From Bugula neritina (Eukaryota; Animalia; Bryozoa): DNA of 64,000 nt. This document shows positions 10,988 to 34,800 of the stretch, one piece after another. Location: assembly GCA_964035545.1 (NCBI GenBank), contig OZ037765.1, forward strand, positions 31,185,504-31,249,503. Reading direction: 5' to 3'. A program made the position numbers and the translations under genes. Each line of letters begins with the position of its first letter. The stretch's first letter is position 1. The notes beneath the pieces are model-generated. The model ran no database searches, was not told the DNA's origin, and worked only from the letters and a program-made list of their open reading frames with translations.

Positions 10988-12223
10988 TTAATCATTTCTG
11001 TTGTGATGCACAACATGCTTGCTGGCACCATGAGCTCTGTTGCTGAAAATTTGCCTAAAAGTGGTTTCCATCAGCATATCTACACTAGTATCTATTGGCC
11101 GTATAATGAAAGGAATTGCAGCCAAGCCGATAGCCGTTGAAATTCCTTTGCTACTGCTGAGAGACATTCTTTTTGATAATAAACGAGTGCTAATCCAGCA
11201 TATTCTGTTTATTGTGAAACCTACAATTCATCCAAACATTTCCTTTAAAAGTATACAGTAAAGTTCAACGACATCTAACAAACAAATGTTTTGAGAGATA
11301 AACAGCTTCAGAGGATAATGCAGAGAGAGATACCTGGAATAATAACTGATGCCAGGCCTTGCCATAACAATGTATCAGCCACACTCTGTGCAATAATGGA
11401 TGTCTTCTCTGGGTGTGTTGAGAACTAAAAATTCAGGCAACAACAGACTGACTAAACACGCTGTTTACAATTATAAACTATTATCATAGATTTACACTTT
11501 CTAGGTAAGGTAGGCAATCACACACTATTTGTGAAAAATGCATGACAAAACTAATTATAGTCTTGGTTTTTAATAACAAATTGTGTTTACTTAAAGGTTA
11601 GAAGAAGAAACTAATTCAGGGTTGTATTCTCATGAGTTACACAGTTTAATCAAAAGTAGCAAATCTTCATTTAAACAGAAGAGGGTTTTTGTGGTAAGAA
11701 GAAAGGATTAAGAGCTTATGCTCACCTTCTTGTTTGCTATTTGACCCTTATGAGCTGCATCTGCAATAACGTAGCACGTAGATACCGCATAAGATAGCCT
11801 GACAAGACCAACATGAACGAACGATCGAAATGCTTCTCCTACTTCATTCGCATAACCTGTAATCCAGAGAGAAAATTAGTTTAACTACAATACGTTTTGG
11901 AAACAGTTAACTGAAAGGCCTACTAACATACTTAGTTGTAAACTACAGTTTTAAAAAGTTTCAAGATTCATAAACTTCAAAGATTTTAGAATCAGCCTTT
12001 TTACGGCCAACACTAAAACTAAAGAAATTATACAAACTTAATTATTCAACTTTTAGAAAAATAATATTTTTTATAAAAAAGCTAATTATGCCCAAGTATT
12101 TTTCATAGTGTTATTTGTGAACTTACCCAAATATCTCACAGGATAATCTCTGAATATATCTCCATCAGTTGCAGTAGCTTCATCACCAGACTGTTTTGCT
12201 TTTCCATTTCCATCAATAGTCAT
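10988..12223 (-). CDS. MTFP1: Mitochondrial fission process protein 1 (MTP18), 4 coding exons
   Basis: Exons 12223-12127, 11856-11726, 11424-11334, 11220-10988 join in frame: DIFRDYPVRYLGYANEVGEAFR...DTLLWQGLASVIIPGFTINR...GLAAIPFIIRPIDTSVD, the hallmark MTP18 motifs. Missed by the ORF track. Confidence 0.95.
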
Positions 12224-12345
12224 GTTGAACTTCAACTATTATAAAACTTACATATATGTAGTAATTTTAGCAACACCAATATCAATTATGGCAATTAGAG
12301 TAAACCTACCCCAACCTTAGATAAAGTATCTTTAACTTGTACATG

Positions 12346-12808
12346 TGAATAATGGGAGTAGCTGTAGCCTAGTGGCTTAGTAAACACTAGGCCAGTTGTT
12401 ATGGTGGGGTTTTACTGATTTTGAGTATTGTAAACTCACCGAATAATATATATAATATGGCCTTGGGGTGAGCTCGGGGTCGGTATGCAGTCGCGGGTTG
12501 ATAGCTTGGCTGCGAGGTAACTCCAGCTCCTGTCCGTCTGGTAGGGGTGAAGTTGAGACTCCGGGTTAGAGTAGTTGGCTGGTGGTGCTCCTCGGTCTAT
12601 GGTCCTGAGCTAGCACTCACAAACTTACTCTAACACATTCTAATTATGTTGCATACATTCTATATAAATATTCTCAATCGTTCTTCAACTAGTCTCAAGT
12701 TCCCCCATTCTCCCATTGCACTAGGTTATATAGCTATCACACTCACACAGGCCACACCCACGCTATAAGTAATATTATTGTCAAACTTAGAGTTGTGCAC
12801 CCTACACA
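12346..12808 (-). mobile_element. Probable solo LTR of a second, unrelated LTR family
   Basis: 463-bp relatively GC-rich island with TG...CA ends flanked by a 4-bp direct repeat CATG (12342-12345, 12809-12812); the minus strand shows a TATA-like GCTATATAA and an AGTAAA near the end. No second copy in the window. Confidence 0.45.
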
Positions 12809-13609
12809 CATGCAACAACAAGAGATGACAACTACACATATTTATAATACTTATAAATCCAGATATAACACAGTGGTTCGATTTTCAGTAAAGGTTATAG
12901 TTTTATGTGAGAAACAGTGTGAACAAATGTGAAAATAATGACATGTATAAATAGCTAATCATCTTTTTTTGTCAAAGACAAAGAAATACTAGCTTAAATT
13001 ATCTTGCAACTATTTTCCTATTTGTGTTTTGAATTTGATCTTTAAAAGATTGACATGTCCACATATTGATTAACTAAGACATGAGTTATATCAAAGCAAA
13101 CTGCAAAGGCTTTGTGTCTATAGTGGCTATCTACATCATGCCAGAGCTTATACACATATTTCAGTCACATTTTCACACATTTTGGCTTTTTAGTCTCTAA
13201 CATTGCAAATGGTTGTCTTTTTTTAATGATTAAACAAAAAAGAAATGAGTTATACAAATTTTGACATGCAAAAGAATAAAAAATTATTAAACTTATTCTG
13301 ACATTGTCATAGAACACTAGAGTCTGAAAGAATGCTTGGATTTGTAAAACATAATAGACTATCACTCAGTGATACTATCAGTAGCAGAATGAGAATGAAA
13401 TTTCAATTAAATTAAACATCAACATGTCCATTGACGATTCACAAATCTCAATTTCTACCTTGAATAACCCTTACTACTACTAGTTACTTAAATTTTTATG
13501 ATGAATAAGTTTTACAAATTTATTATTTATTGCTAAAAGATTTATAATACATGATTCAATTATAACTAATATATTTAAAATATCACCCCTGGCCCCTGGG
13601 CTTGTACTT

Positions 13610-14100
13610 ACTCTTACTCATACTGATACTGTGAGTACACTTTTCATAACTACTACTAATACTAATAGTAATAGTAATACTAATAGTATCGCTTCTGCTA
13701 CCTAGTGGTCTAGCATGATCGTAATCTGGAGGTAACTGGAGGAGGTATAGCAATAGTAAAACTAAATGTAATACTCTAACTCTAATGGTAATACTAATAG
13801 TAATAGTAATACTAATAGTAAATCAAAATGTAATAAGTATAACTAAATCTAATAGTAATACTAATACTTATACTAATAGTAATACTAATACTAATACTGT
13901 AATAGTAATACACTAGACTGAGAGAGTGAGACCGGGACCCAGTGACTCACTGCCAGTGGCTATTGAAAATTGGTATTCACACAACTATATTAATGTTGAT
14001 ATTACAATTATCTATTACAGTTATAGAGTTACTATTAGTAATAGCATTACTATTAGATTTAGTAAATGACTAAATAGTGTAAACTAAATAAAATGTAAAT
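13610..14100. repeat. Low-complexity (TAATAG/TAATAC)n tract
   Basis: Runs such as ACTAATACTAATAGTAATAGTAATACTAATAGTA upstream of the MTFP1 coding exons. Confidence 0.8.
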
Positions 14101-15282
14101 TATTATTCTAATTTTACCTAATTGCCAGTTGGAAATCACAAGTTGAAAATAGTATAAAATGAGATTAACAGAGTCGCTACTGTAACAAACCGGTAAGTTT
14201 GCGATTCCTATAATTATGTTCTATTTATTGAACTCCGTCGTTCTATTATTAGTTAATTAAAAAGCTGCAAACAAACGTTTTCGGTAGATAAAAAGCAGTA
14301 AAATTATATCAACTTATATTTAGTTTTTAAACTTGCATAATTTCTAATTACTGCACTACTTCACTACTATGCTAACAGTAACACTGTTGAATTAGAGTAG
14401 GAGCATGAATTGGCTTTTTTCTTATAAGTATGTTTTAGATTTATCAAACCCCAACAACTTTAGAATACATCGATATAGCACATTGAGCTCTACAAACGTG
14501 AAACCTATAAAGTAAATTAATTAACATATCAAATATATTACCTATACACAAATCAAATGGTGGTGGTATGGAATATGAAGAAAATATAAAATATAATTCT
14601 ATTCCATTTAAATTAAAGTTACTACAGCAAAAATTATAATATAGGGGCTATTGGATAATGAAATAAATACCTTGTGAATTTGTATACTTAACCGTGTTTT
14701 AATACTATTATGTTACCTTTGAAGTATCACTTCAGATAGATTTGCATGCTCTATTTGTGATGTTTATATGTAAAAAATGTAAGCATAACCGAGTTTTGCT
14801 GGCTATGTAGCTCGATAACTAAAAACAACTCTGTTATATAGCCTGAAAATGTTAATGCTATACTGGCTATACAGCCTGATAACTAGAAATAATTTTGTCA
14901 AATAGCCTGATAGCTGAAGATGAAGTGAGTCATTCTAGATGGTTTAGCATGATTTATATATTTTATAATTTCCAATTTCACTGATGCACAGCGTCAGTGG
15001 GCTAGCCATAAACCTTGCATGAGTTATCAGTCTTACTCACCAAGGCATATAAGAGATTTCCTGCAGTCATTTTATCCTAAAAGTTATTGAAAGACCTTAC
15101 GCATATTTTACTCTTTTGCATGCACAATTTTCAAATTGGTAAAAATCTTTATTTATTAATAATTGCTGGAAACACTGCGAGTGGTAATTGGATCTAAAAA
15201 TTTTGCATCTTTTGCTTTATAATGTACACCAGAGACCTATGTAGCTTATATTGCTATAAAAAGGTATGACAGCTTTAGTAAA

Positions 15283-15695
15283 CTTCCACACTCTCACTAT
15301 ACTACTCGTCATCAGTTGCAATCTCTTCCTGTTCCATTTTATTCCTCATTTGCTAGTCAACGAACCTCCAATTTTGTAAAATCTGCACTGTGGAATAAGT
15401 TGCCTAATTTTTTAAAGATTATACAGCCACTTGGTAAATTTAAAACGGAATTGAGGCATCACCTCCACTCTGTTGAGTGATCTGTGGTGCCTTGTATGGT
15501 TATGCCAACATTGGGCCCACCACTAGCCATGCTATTTCGCACTGGGCCTCATCATCACTTCCCACAGCTTTATTTTTATATACTGTTATTTGTTACTATG
15601 TTTCCTTTCTAATTGTTTGTCTGCTCTTGTAACTTATGCCAGTTGTAAAACACTATATTATGATGAAATAAAACACACACCCACGCAAGCACACA
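15283..15695 (+). mobile_element. 5'-truncated non-LTR retrotransposon (CR1/L2-group LINE) 3' end
   Basis: Open frame 15283-15480, HYTTR...SALWNKLPNFLK...KFKTELRHHL*, has the HxYxTR...WNxLP...FKxxL pattern of CR1/L2 ORF2 C-termini; followed by a 3' UTR, AAATAAA and a (CA)n-like tail. Confidence 0.7.
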
Positions 15696-16240
15696 TTCCA
15701 TGCATGCACTAATTGTAAATAAATAATATAACTGTACATAAAACTTATTTCTAATTAATGCAGTATTGTATAGTTTTAGTTTAGTATGTTATGGGTTTTA
15801 TATATACATTGTGTGTGCTTTTTTTTCTTTTTCTATTCTCACCTATATATCTGTGTATATACTACATATTGTATAGCACATTAGCCTATGTTGTATATAT
15901 AATATAGAGTTTATAGTATAATATACAAGCAAATGTTGGTAACCATTAAACTGATAGCATGCCAATGTACATATATACAAAACCTGTATAGATTAAATTG
16001 ATGAAATATTGTGAGCTTCAAAAATCTCATTCAGTTGGTGTTTTTATTAATTATGTTTGCATGAAATCTATACATGATAAGCATCTAAATACAACAGGAC
16101 CTGTCAAATATTTGCTCTAGCTGATATTGAATAAATATTTAATTTAAGGCTAACAAATAATACATGAATAGACTATAAAATTGTAAAGGCAGTTGTAATT
16201 CAATATATTAATAGTTATAACTTTTAATTGCATGTGGAGT

Positions 16241-16310
16241 GAACCAATCAAAGCTATTGTAACTCTCTACCCAATGAAATCTTAGAGTGCTGCGTTTAAG
16301 ATATAAAAAA
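16241..16310 (+). promoter_or_regulatory. Candidate core promoter: two CCAAT boxes plus TATA box
   Basis: CCAATCA (16244), CCAATG (16271) and TATAAAA (16302), ~100 bp upstream of the ATG at 16406. Confidence 0.45.
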
Positions 16311-16405
16311 CTGGTTGCATGTAACTAATTAGATAGACTATCATGAGATATGTAAATGAGTGCAGCTAATAAGGTAAAATTCTAAGCATACAACATTTTC
16401 ATGAG

Positions 16406-16960
16406 ATGAAAGAAGAACAGGATACAAATGACAGTGCTGTTACAATGACAGAAATAAATCAGACAGAGAAATCTGGATCTGAGACAGATCGTACCATAGA
16501 CTCAACATCAACAAAAACTTCTAGAAAAAGGAGCAAACACAGGTCAGTGAGCAGACTGGTGAAAAGTGAAATCAACTTTCTCTTGACTAACTACATACAA
16601 CAACAGGAATTGTTGGCCTTTGACCCCCAGTGTAAGATAACCAAACCTCCACTATACGACGTTTTATTTGCCAAGCCTCCCAAAATCTCTGGTGATGAGC
16701 CTCATCGTAAAAAACGGCCAGTAGTTTCGACAGCAGAGGAGAAAAGGCTGAGAAGTTCGGCGGAAGATACTTTAAACCAGTTAGACATTGGCAAGATATG
16801 GACATTTCACCAATTCAAAGTAGGCTTTCAGCGACCAATCCCAAGGTCACATGAAAATGGATTTGTGCAGAACTATTCCAGACATATGGGTAATATTTTA
16901 AAGGCAGTTGAATACAAGCAAACATATAGTAACATAATGAGTAAAGAACGTCATCAATAA
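16406..16960 (+). CDS. Hypothetical intronless protein, 184 aa
   Basis: Long ATG-initiated ORF in very AT-rich DNA, normal protein-like composition, upstream CCAAT/TATA; no family recognised. Confidence 0.6.
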   Translation: MKEEQDTNDSAVTMTEINQTEKSGSETDRTIDSTSTKTSRKRSKHRSVSRLVKSEINFLLTNYIQQQELLAFDPQCKITKPPLYDVLFAKPPKISGDEPHRKKRPVVSTAEEKRLRSSAEDTLNQLDIGKIWTFHQFKVGFQRPIPRSHENGFVQNYSRHMGNILKAVEYKQTYSNIMSKERHQ

Positions 16961-17544
16961 CATTCTTAAAGTTTCTTGCAGAACGGGCTTATATAAGTTC
17001 TATATGCCATAACTGTACTAAGATCTCCCTAACAAAGGCTCTGTTATTCTAACCACTTCTTAAGTATAAACATTGTTACACTTGGTTTATTAGTGATAAA
17101 AACATTCATGTGCACATAAAAGCTTTTATATATCAATGTTATTGTTTGTATGCAGAAAAAACATAAGCAGTTAATCACACGAGCCAGTATTATTCAATGT
17201 TTCTGATTAGAACAGTGAGTGACATGCCCTGCAGCAAGCACTCCATCTTATATTTTTATAAGTTGACTTCTGCTTGTATTCAGATGAACTATGTTATAGT
17301 TGTTTCCAAAACGATTTATTTTTATATTTATCATACTGTAAATAATGACAAATATATACCATCAGAACAAAACAGTCTATTAAATTGTTCTATGACCAAC
17401 TTATTGTATCATCAAGTCAAGTTTGAAATAAATATTATACTAAATATCCAAGAAGCTAGTATATGGTAATGATATATTATAGAGTAACCATGTTCAATGC
17501 TGAGAATGTAAGCCAGTGTTTGCTAGAAATAAGACAGAGCAGCT

Positions 17545-29403
<11,859 letters not shown>

Positions 29404-29800
29404 TTTTAGTTATCTACAATATGCTAACGCATTAAATAAGCTAGCTTATAATTATAACATGGAACAGTATGAAAGAGAATGTATATTTCAAAATCAATGA
29501 CTTCACAGGAGAAACGTAGTCGGAAATGATAATGAAAAGGTAGACACGTAGCCTACATACGCGATTTTTAATTCGTTTGGGGTAGCTTGGTAAAAATGTT
29601 ACGACGCTAATAATTGGATGAATTAACCAAATGACAAGTTGATATAGTCTCCTCGCTAAAACCTAACTGTTGTTTCTCTAGCTATTGGTTTAACGATACA
29701 CCTCCAGATGAGCGATGATCTAATGCTGCAGCGTTTTTTAAAACCCCTTTGTTAAAAATAAAACACTGACAATAATGTGAATAAAGTTTTTTTTTTCAAG
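29404..29800. promoter_or_regulatory. Probable bidirectional promoter region between COPA and ALKBH7
   Basis: Head-to-head ATGs (29403 -, 30420 +); locally CpG-richer, with CCAAT-type motifs (ATTGG near 29613 and 29684) and an ETS-like CGGAAATG at 29521. Confidence 0.55.
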
Positions 29801-30419
29801 GGTAGACTTTCTCTTAGTGATTACTAATTACTCATTAGTCTTAGACTTAGTTATTACTTATTAGTTATTAAGTATAGTTAAATTTTAAAATAGAATGTAA
29901 ATTGTTTAGTAGAAGCATTACTATTACTACGTCTACTGTAATTTTGAAACATCAGACATGCTTATTCAATTTCAATCTCAATATTTGAATTTCTACCTCA
30001 AAGATTAGATCTAATGTAATAGCATAAGATTTTGATTTGATTTGGTAAAAGTCTCATATATTTCTATATTAATGACTATAAGAGTATTCGAATGCATTTA
30101 TTCTGATAGGTTTAAGGCTCTTTTAAATTAAGAAATTTAAAGCTTAAAGCTAATACAAAATTTCCCTTATTTATTTTATTAAAAAAGATAAACTTTAAAG
30201 CAACTTAGCAACCATCACCATAACAATAGGTTTTGTTTTCTAATGAGACAAAATGAAAGTTAATATCGCATTGCTATTTAAATTCACTGCAAGTGTAGAT
30301 TACATACAGTGTTTAAGGGTAAATTCTTTTTGCAATTAATAACAGTAAGTTGCAAGTTTTGTGTTTTTTAATTTGTTATATTTTCTTCTTGAGCATGTTC
30401 AGTTGTTTAATTATTTTAG

Positions 30420-31683
30420 ATGACTGTGGTATTTCAGAAGCTTTCAAAATTCATGTGCCTCAGATGTCTGAAGTGGCAAAACTCTGCCTATTTACACCGT
30501 ATTAGTCGTGATTTTCACAGAACATTCACCGCAGATACTACAAGTAATAAATGTAACATATCGCTTCCAAGTTATGCTCACTCAACAACCCCTGAACATG
30601 TTCATCTGCTGCTACAGCATGACATGATAGTCTCTGAAGATTTTGTCTCTGAAAAGGAAGAAAAATCATTGCTTCAAGAGATTGAGCCGTACATGGCCAG
30701 ACTTCGATATGAATACTCACATTGGGATGATGTATCTTACTTTTTTTATAAATCTATTTGATATGCTTAGTGACTATATTACTAATGTGAGTTCTGCACT
30801 CAGATTGTGTTTAACCATTTTAATTTTGCTTATCTGATTATAGAATGTTTTATGTATGTCGTATTATTATTTCAGGCTATTCACGGATATCGGGAGACCG
30901 AAAGATCTGAATGGAATGCAACCAATACTCATATCTTGTTGCGTTTAAAAGATTTTGCTTTTAAAGATGTTAACAAACCCACTGAGTTTGTTCATGTATT
31001 AGATTTAGAAAAAGATGGTCTTATTAAGCCTCACAAAGACAGTGTTCGAGTGAGTGTATCCTTGGGTCATCTGTCTATATGCATTAGGTTCTGTAACTTG
31101 TCTCTTATTTTCTTTGAATCAATATTGTGTTTTTAGTATCAAGTGTAATGTGTGAAATGCTTAGTAATAGAATTCAGGAGCAAGTTAGCCTTCATGCAGT
31201 AACCTTTATTATTCAACTTAATATTATGCCTATGGGTATTTATTAAGCATGTTAGTATGGAGAAGACGATAATCTTAAAACGTAACAGTGTTGTAGTTTT
31301 GTGGAGACACCATTGCTGGGATATCATTACTATCAGACTGTGTAATGAGACTAGTGGCTATAGAGAATACAAATATTACAGTTGACATTCACTTAAAACA
31401 AAGATCACTATACATCATGAGGTGAGAGTTCTATAGTCTGTTTTATTTCCAAATATCGCTCTTACGCTAAAAATATATTAAGTTCTATAATTTAAATAAT
31501 ATAATTCTTTTGTATCTAATTTTGTCTAGTTAGATATGCAAATCATGAACAAAAATTTTTTTTAGAAATGCGGCAAGATTTGACTTCACACATGAGATTT
31601 TACACAACGACCATTCTTATTTCAAAGACAAACATGTAGAAAAAGGCCGTAGAGTCTCAATAATATGCAGAAATAATCCATGA
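30420..31683 (+). CDS. ALKBH7: Alpha-ketoglutarate-dependent dioxygenase AlkB homolog 7, mitochondrial; 4 exons
   Basis: Exons ~30420-30731, 30876-31049, 31297-31421, 31566-31683: EIEPYMARLRYEYSHWDD|AIHGYRETE...HVLDLEKDGLIKPHKDSVR|FCGDTIAGISLLSDCVMRL...SLYIMR|NAARFDFTHEIL...RRVSIICR; HxD...H...R catalytic set present. Confidence 0.95.
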
Positions 31684-31885
31684 CGTACTTTTCGTAACAC
31701 AACTGTTGATTTACTAGCATAAATAATTTATAAAATCTTTTTAAAAATATTATGTGTAATACATGAGTGTATAAATGTATATTTTATAATAAATTAAAAT
31801 AGATGAGCAATTATTCTATTATTGTACATAAAAATGGTACACATAGTACTGGCAATCTTACTAAAACAATACTATTTGCAAAAGG

Positions 31886-34800
31886 TTAGGTTGAAAGAGA
31901 TTCAAGTGTTTTTAATACAAGTCGAGCTTCCGTTGCCAGAATACTATCACCACGCTCCTTTTCTTTTAGCAGTCGTATTATTTTCTTATCTGTAACTTGC
32001 AATGCTCCGAAAGCTCTTATGACCTCCTTTCTCACATTGTCACTAGGATCAAGCTCTAACATTTCTGTTAACACTCTTAAAACTTTTGTTTGCCTGATTC
32101 CTAGAGTTCCCTGAAAATAAAATGTAAAATTCCATCTAAAATAAAATATCACCATAGAATTCCATTTAAATTTCTTACTTATTCCTTGAATTTTATGCTT
32201 AACACAGTTGAGTGTTTAAAGCAACATTACTGTTGATTAATCAGAGATAGCTACAGGTTCAGATATCATTTAGTGTAAATATTTGTATGAATCAATTCTT
32301 TCTTCATTCAAAACTTCAAAATAACTTTTCATCATGAGAAAGTGATTTTCGTGCGGAATGCAGGGCTGGAATCACCAAAATTGGTGAAATTTTCCACCTA
32401 CCAGTGAGGTAACAGCATGAGCTCTAATAGTTGGGTCTAAGTGAGAAAGTCGCTTCACTACTGACTCAGCTGCTCTGGAGTACAGATCCAACACTCCTAG
32501 AGTGTGTGCAGCCTCCAGCCTTACCACCTACATTTACATACACACTACTATCACTATCAGCATGATAATTATTTATTTCAATCACATCACTTGGTGATGA
32601 AGGCAAGTATAAAAATGAAATTAGCTCTGATCAAAGTTAAGAGTAGTAAAGCTGCCATACATTAACTGTAATTTACCAAAACAGAATACTTGTGTTAGTA
32701 TAGCATAAAAAATATATAAAATCAAATAAAAGCCTGGTGTTTTTATAAATTTACAAACTAAAACTAGATTCAATTCATGAGTACTTTGCAAAAGTATTGT
32801 TGGATTCCAGTACATGTTAGTACTATCTATATTATTTGTATATGCATGGTAGCTAGTTGCTATAAGATGAATCCCAAACCTCTACTGAATCATCCCAAAG
32901 CCTTCTTTCTAGTGTTGTATACACTATATCTTCTCCTTCCAGGGTGTTGCATGCATTCTTTCTGCCAAGGTGCTGTAAGAGTTGAGCAGCTTCTTTTCTG
33001 TGCTCCCATACTGGAGAGCTAGTAAATTGCTTCAAAACTACCTCCACTAAATTCCAGCTTGACTCATTGAATTGCTTGACCAAGATCCTCAGGGCCTGTA
33101 GAGATGACAACTCTTCAAATGTAAACTATCGCCATACTTGTAATATTATATAACTTTTGAAAAAATCACAACTTCCACAATTCTATTAATAACAATAAAA
33201 GCTAACCTCTGCTTTTTTATAAGTATCATCACCATTGTTCAAGTAGTGCAGCATTTTGTCAACTGCACTGGAATTCTTCATGCATATTTTACCAAATGCA
33301 ATTGCTGCATGGAAGGAAACCTGATCATCTACATCTCTCTTGTTGCATAGGTGAGCTAGCACCTGCACCAGCTCATCAAATGATGGCATTTGCTAAAATT
33401 AGTTATTATAGTTAACCAACAGCATGCTTTTTATTAATTTGCTATTCAGACAATCAGATATAAAATAAATTTAAACTCGATGGGCAAAATAAACAAACTA
33501 AAATAAGGCTATACTTTATTTTAATAGCTTACTACCATTGAAAAGGTGTTTAAATTATTTTTACTAGGAAATTATGCAATCATCAACTGAGTCATTGAGT
33601 AAATACTTGCCTTATTAATAAATGCGATATCTTTTGTACTACACAAAGTTTTCAGCATGTCTAGTCTGACTTCATCATTACCAACAATTAAATAATCCAC
33701 CATTATCTGTATGAGCTCATCTTCTAAACAACCTGCATTTCATAAACAAACTTCAACAGTAAAGAAACTCGGCAAACAGCAGCTGCGACAGAATAAAAAC
33801 TATGAATTTTTTCACAAGTAACCAGTACTTTTTTCAGAAATACTAAGCTATTTTGTCTAAATTTACTTTTAAGGTGGCAAAGCAGAGAACTGGCCGAATC
33901 ATTTAATATCTAAATCAGGAAACTAACTTCAAAGTTTTATGAAAACTTTGGCAATAATTTTTATTAGTCATAAATCAGAAGAGTGCTGACCTAGTCGGAT
34001 CAGAGCTTTGGCTGCTTCATACTGCACTCTTTCATCAGAGTCCCCTATTATAGCAGTCTTGAGAGCTTGGAAGACATCTTCATCAACACAGTTTAGCACC
34101 CCTAGTTGCTACAAACAGCACAGACACTTGGGTATCCCAATTTATATAGAAGTAGTGATCACCTGTACTGGACTATGGTTAGACTGTCTGTGTCTCACTG
34201 TGGCATATTGTATTGAATAAACACTTAAAAATAAATTCAAAGGCCCTAATAAAAAAACACAAAATGTATTTGAAGTGATTGAAATGACTCACCTTAGCCG
34301 CATCTTGCCTTTCTTCAGTGTATTTTGACTTTAGGCTGGTCTGGAAGAGGTACTATAAATACAAAAGGTTATAGATCAGAACACAACATGTACAGCATCA
34401 ATCTATTATTATTTAATCTTTAGATAGAAAATTTACCAAGTAGACAAAAGTTGGTTATAACTGACCAACAAACCAAATTTGATTATAGATAATGGTACGA
34501 ATTTTATTTACCAATAAAATGTTATAATTGTTGTTCTAAGCAATGTAATAATATTGCCTACCTGTTAACTTGTGTATTATTTGATCAATAAAACTTTTCA
34601 AGATTTACTAATTCTAAACATTATGATGGTTAGTACAATGTAGAAATATATTTTACATTGTAGGCAGACAGAAATATATCATTACACTAGGAACAATGCA
34701 GTTAATAGTACTCTTGTCTTATAAAACTCGTTTTTCTGCTAAACATAATAGACCAGAGATATTTAATTATTAAACTGCAGATAGGTAATAGATTATAGAG

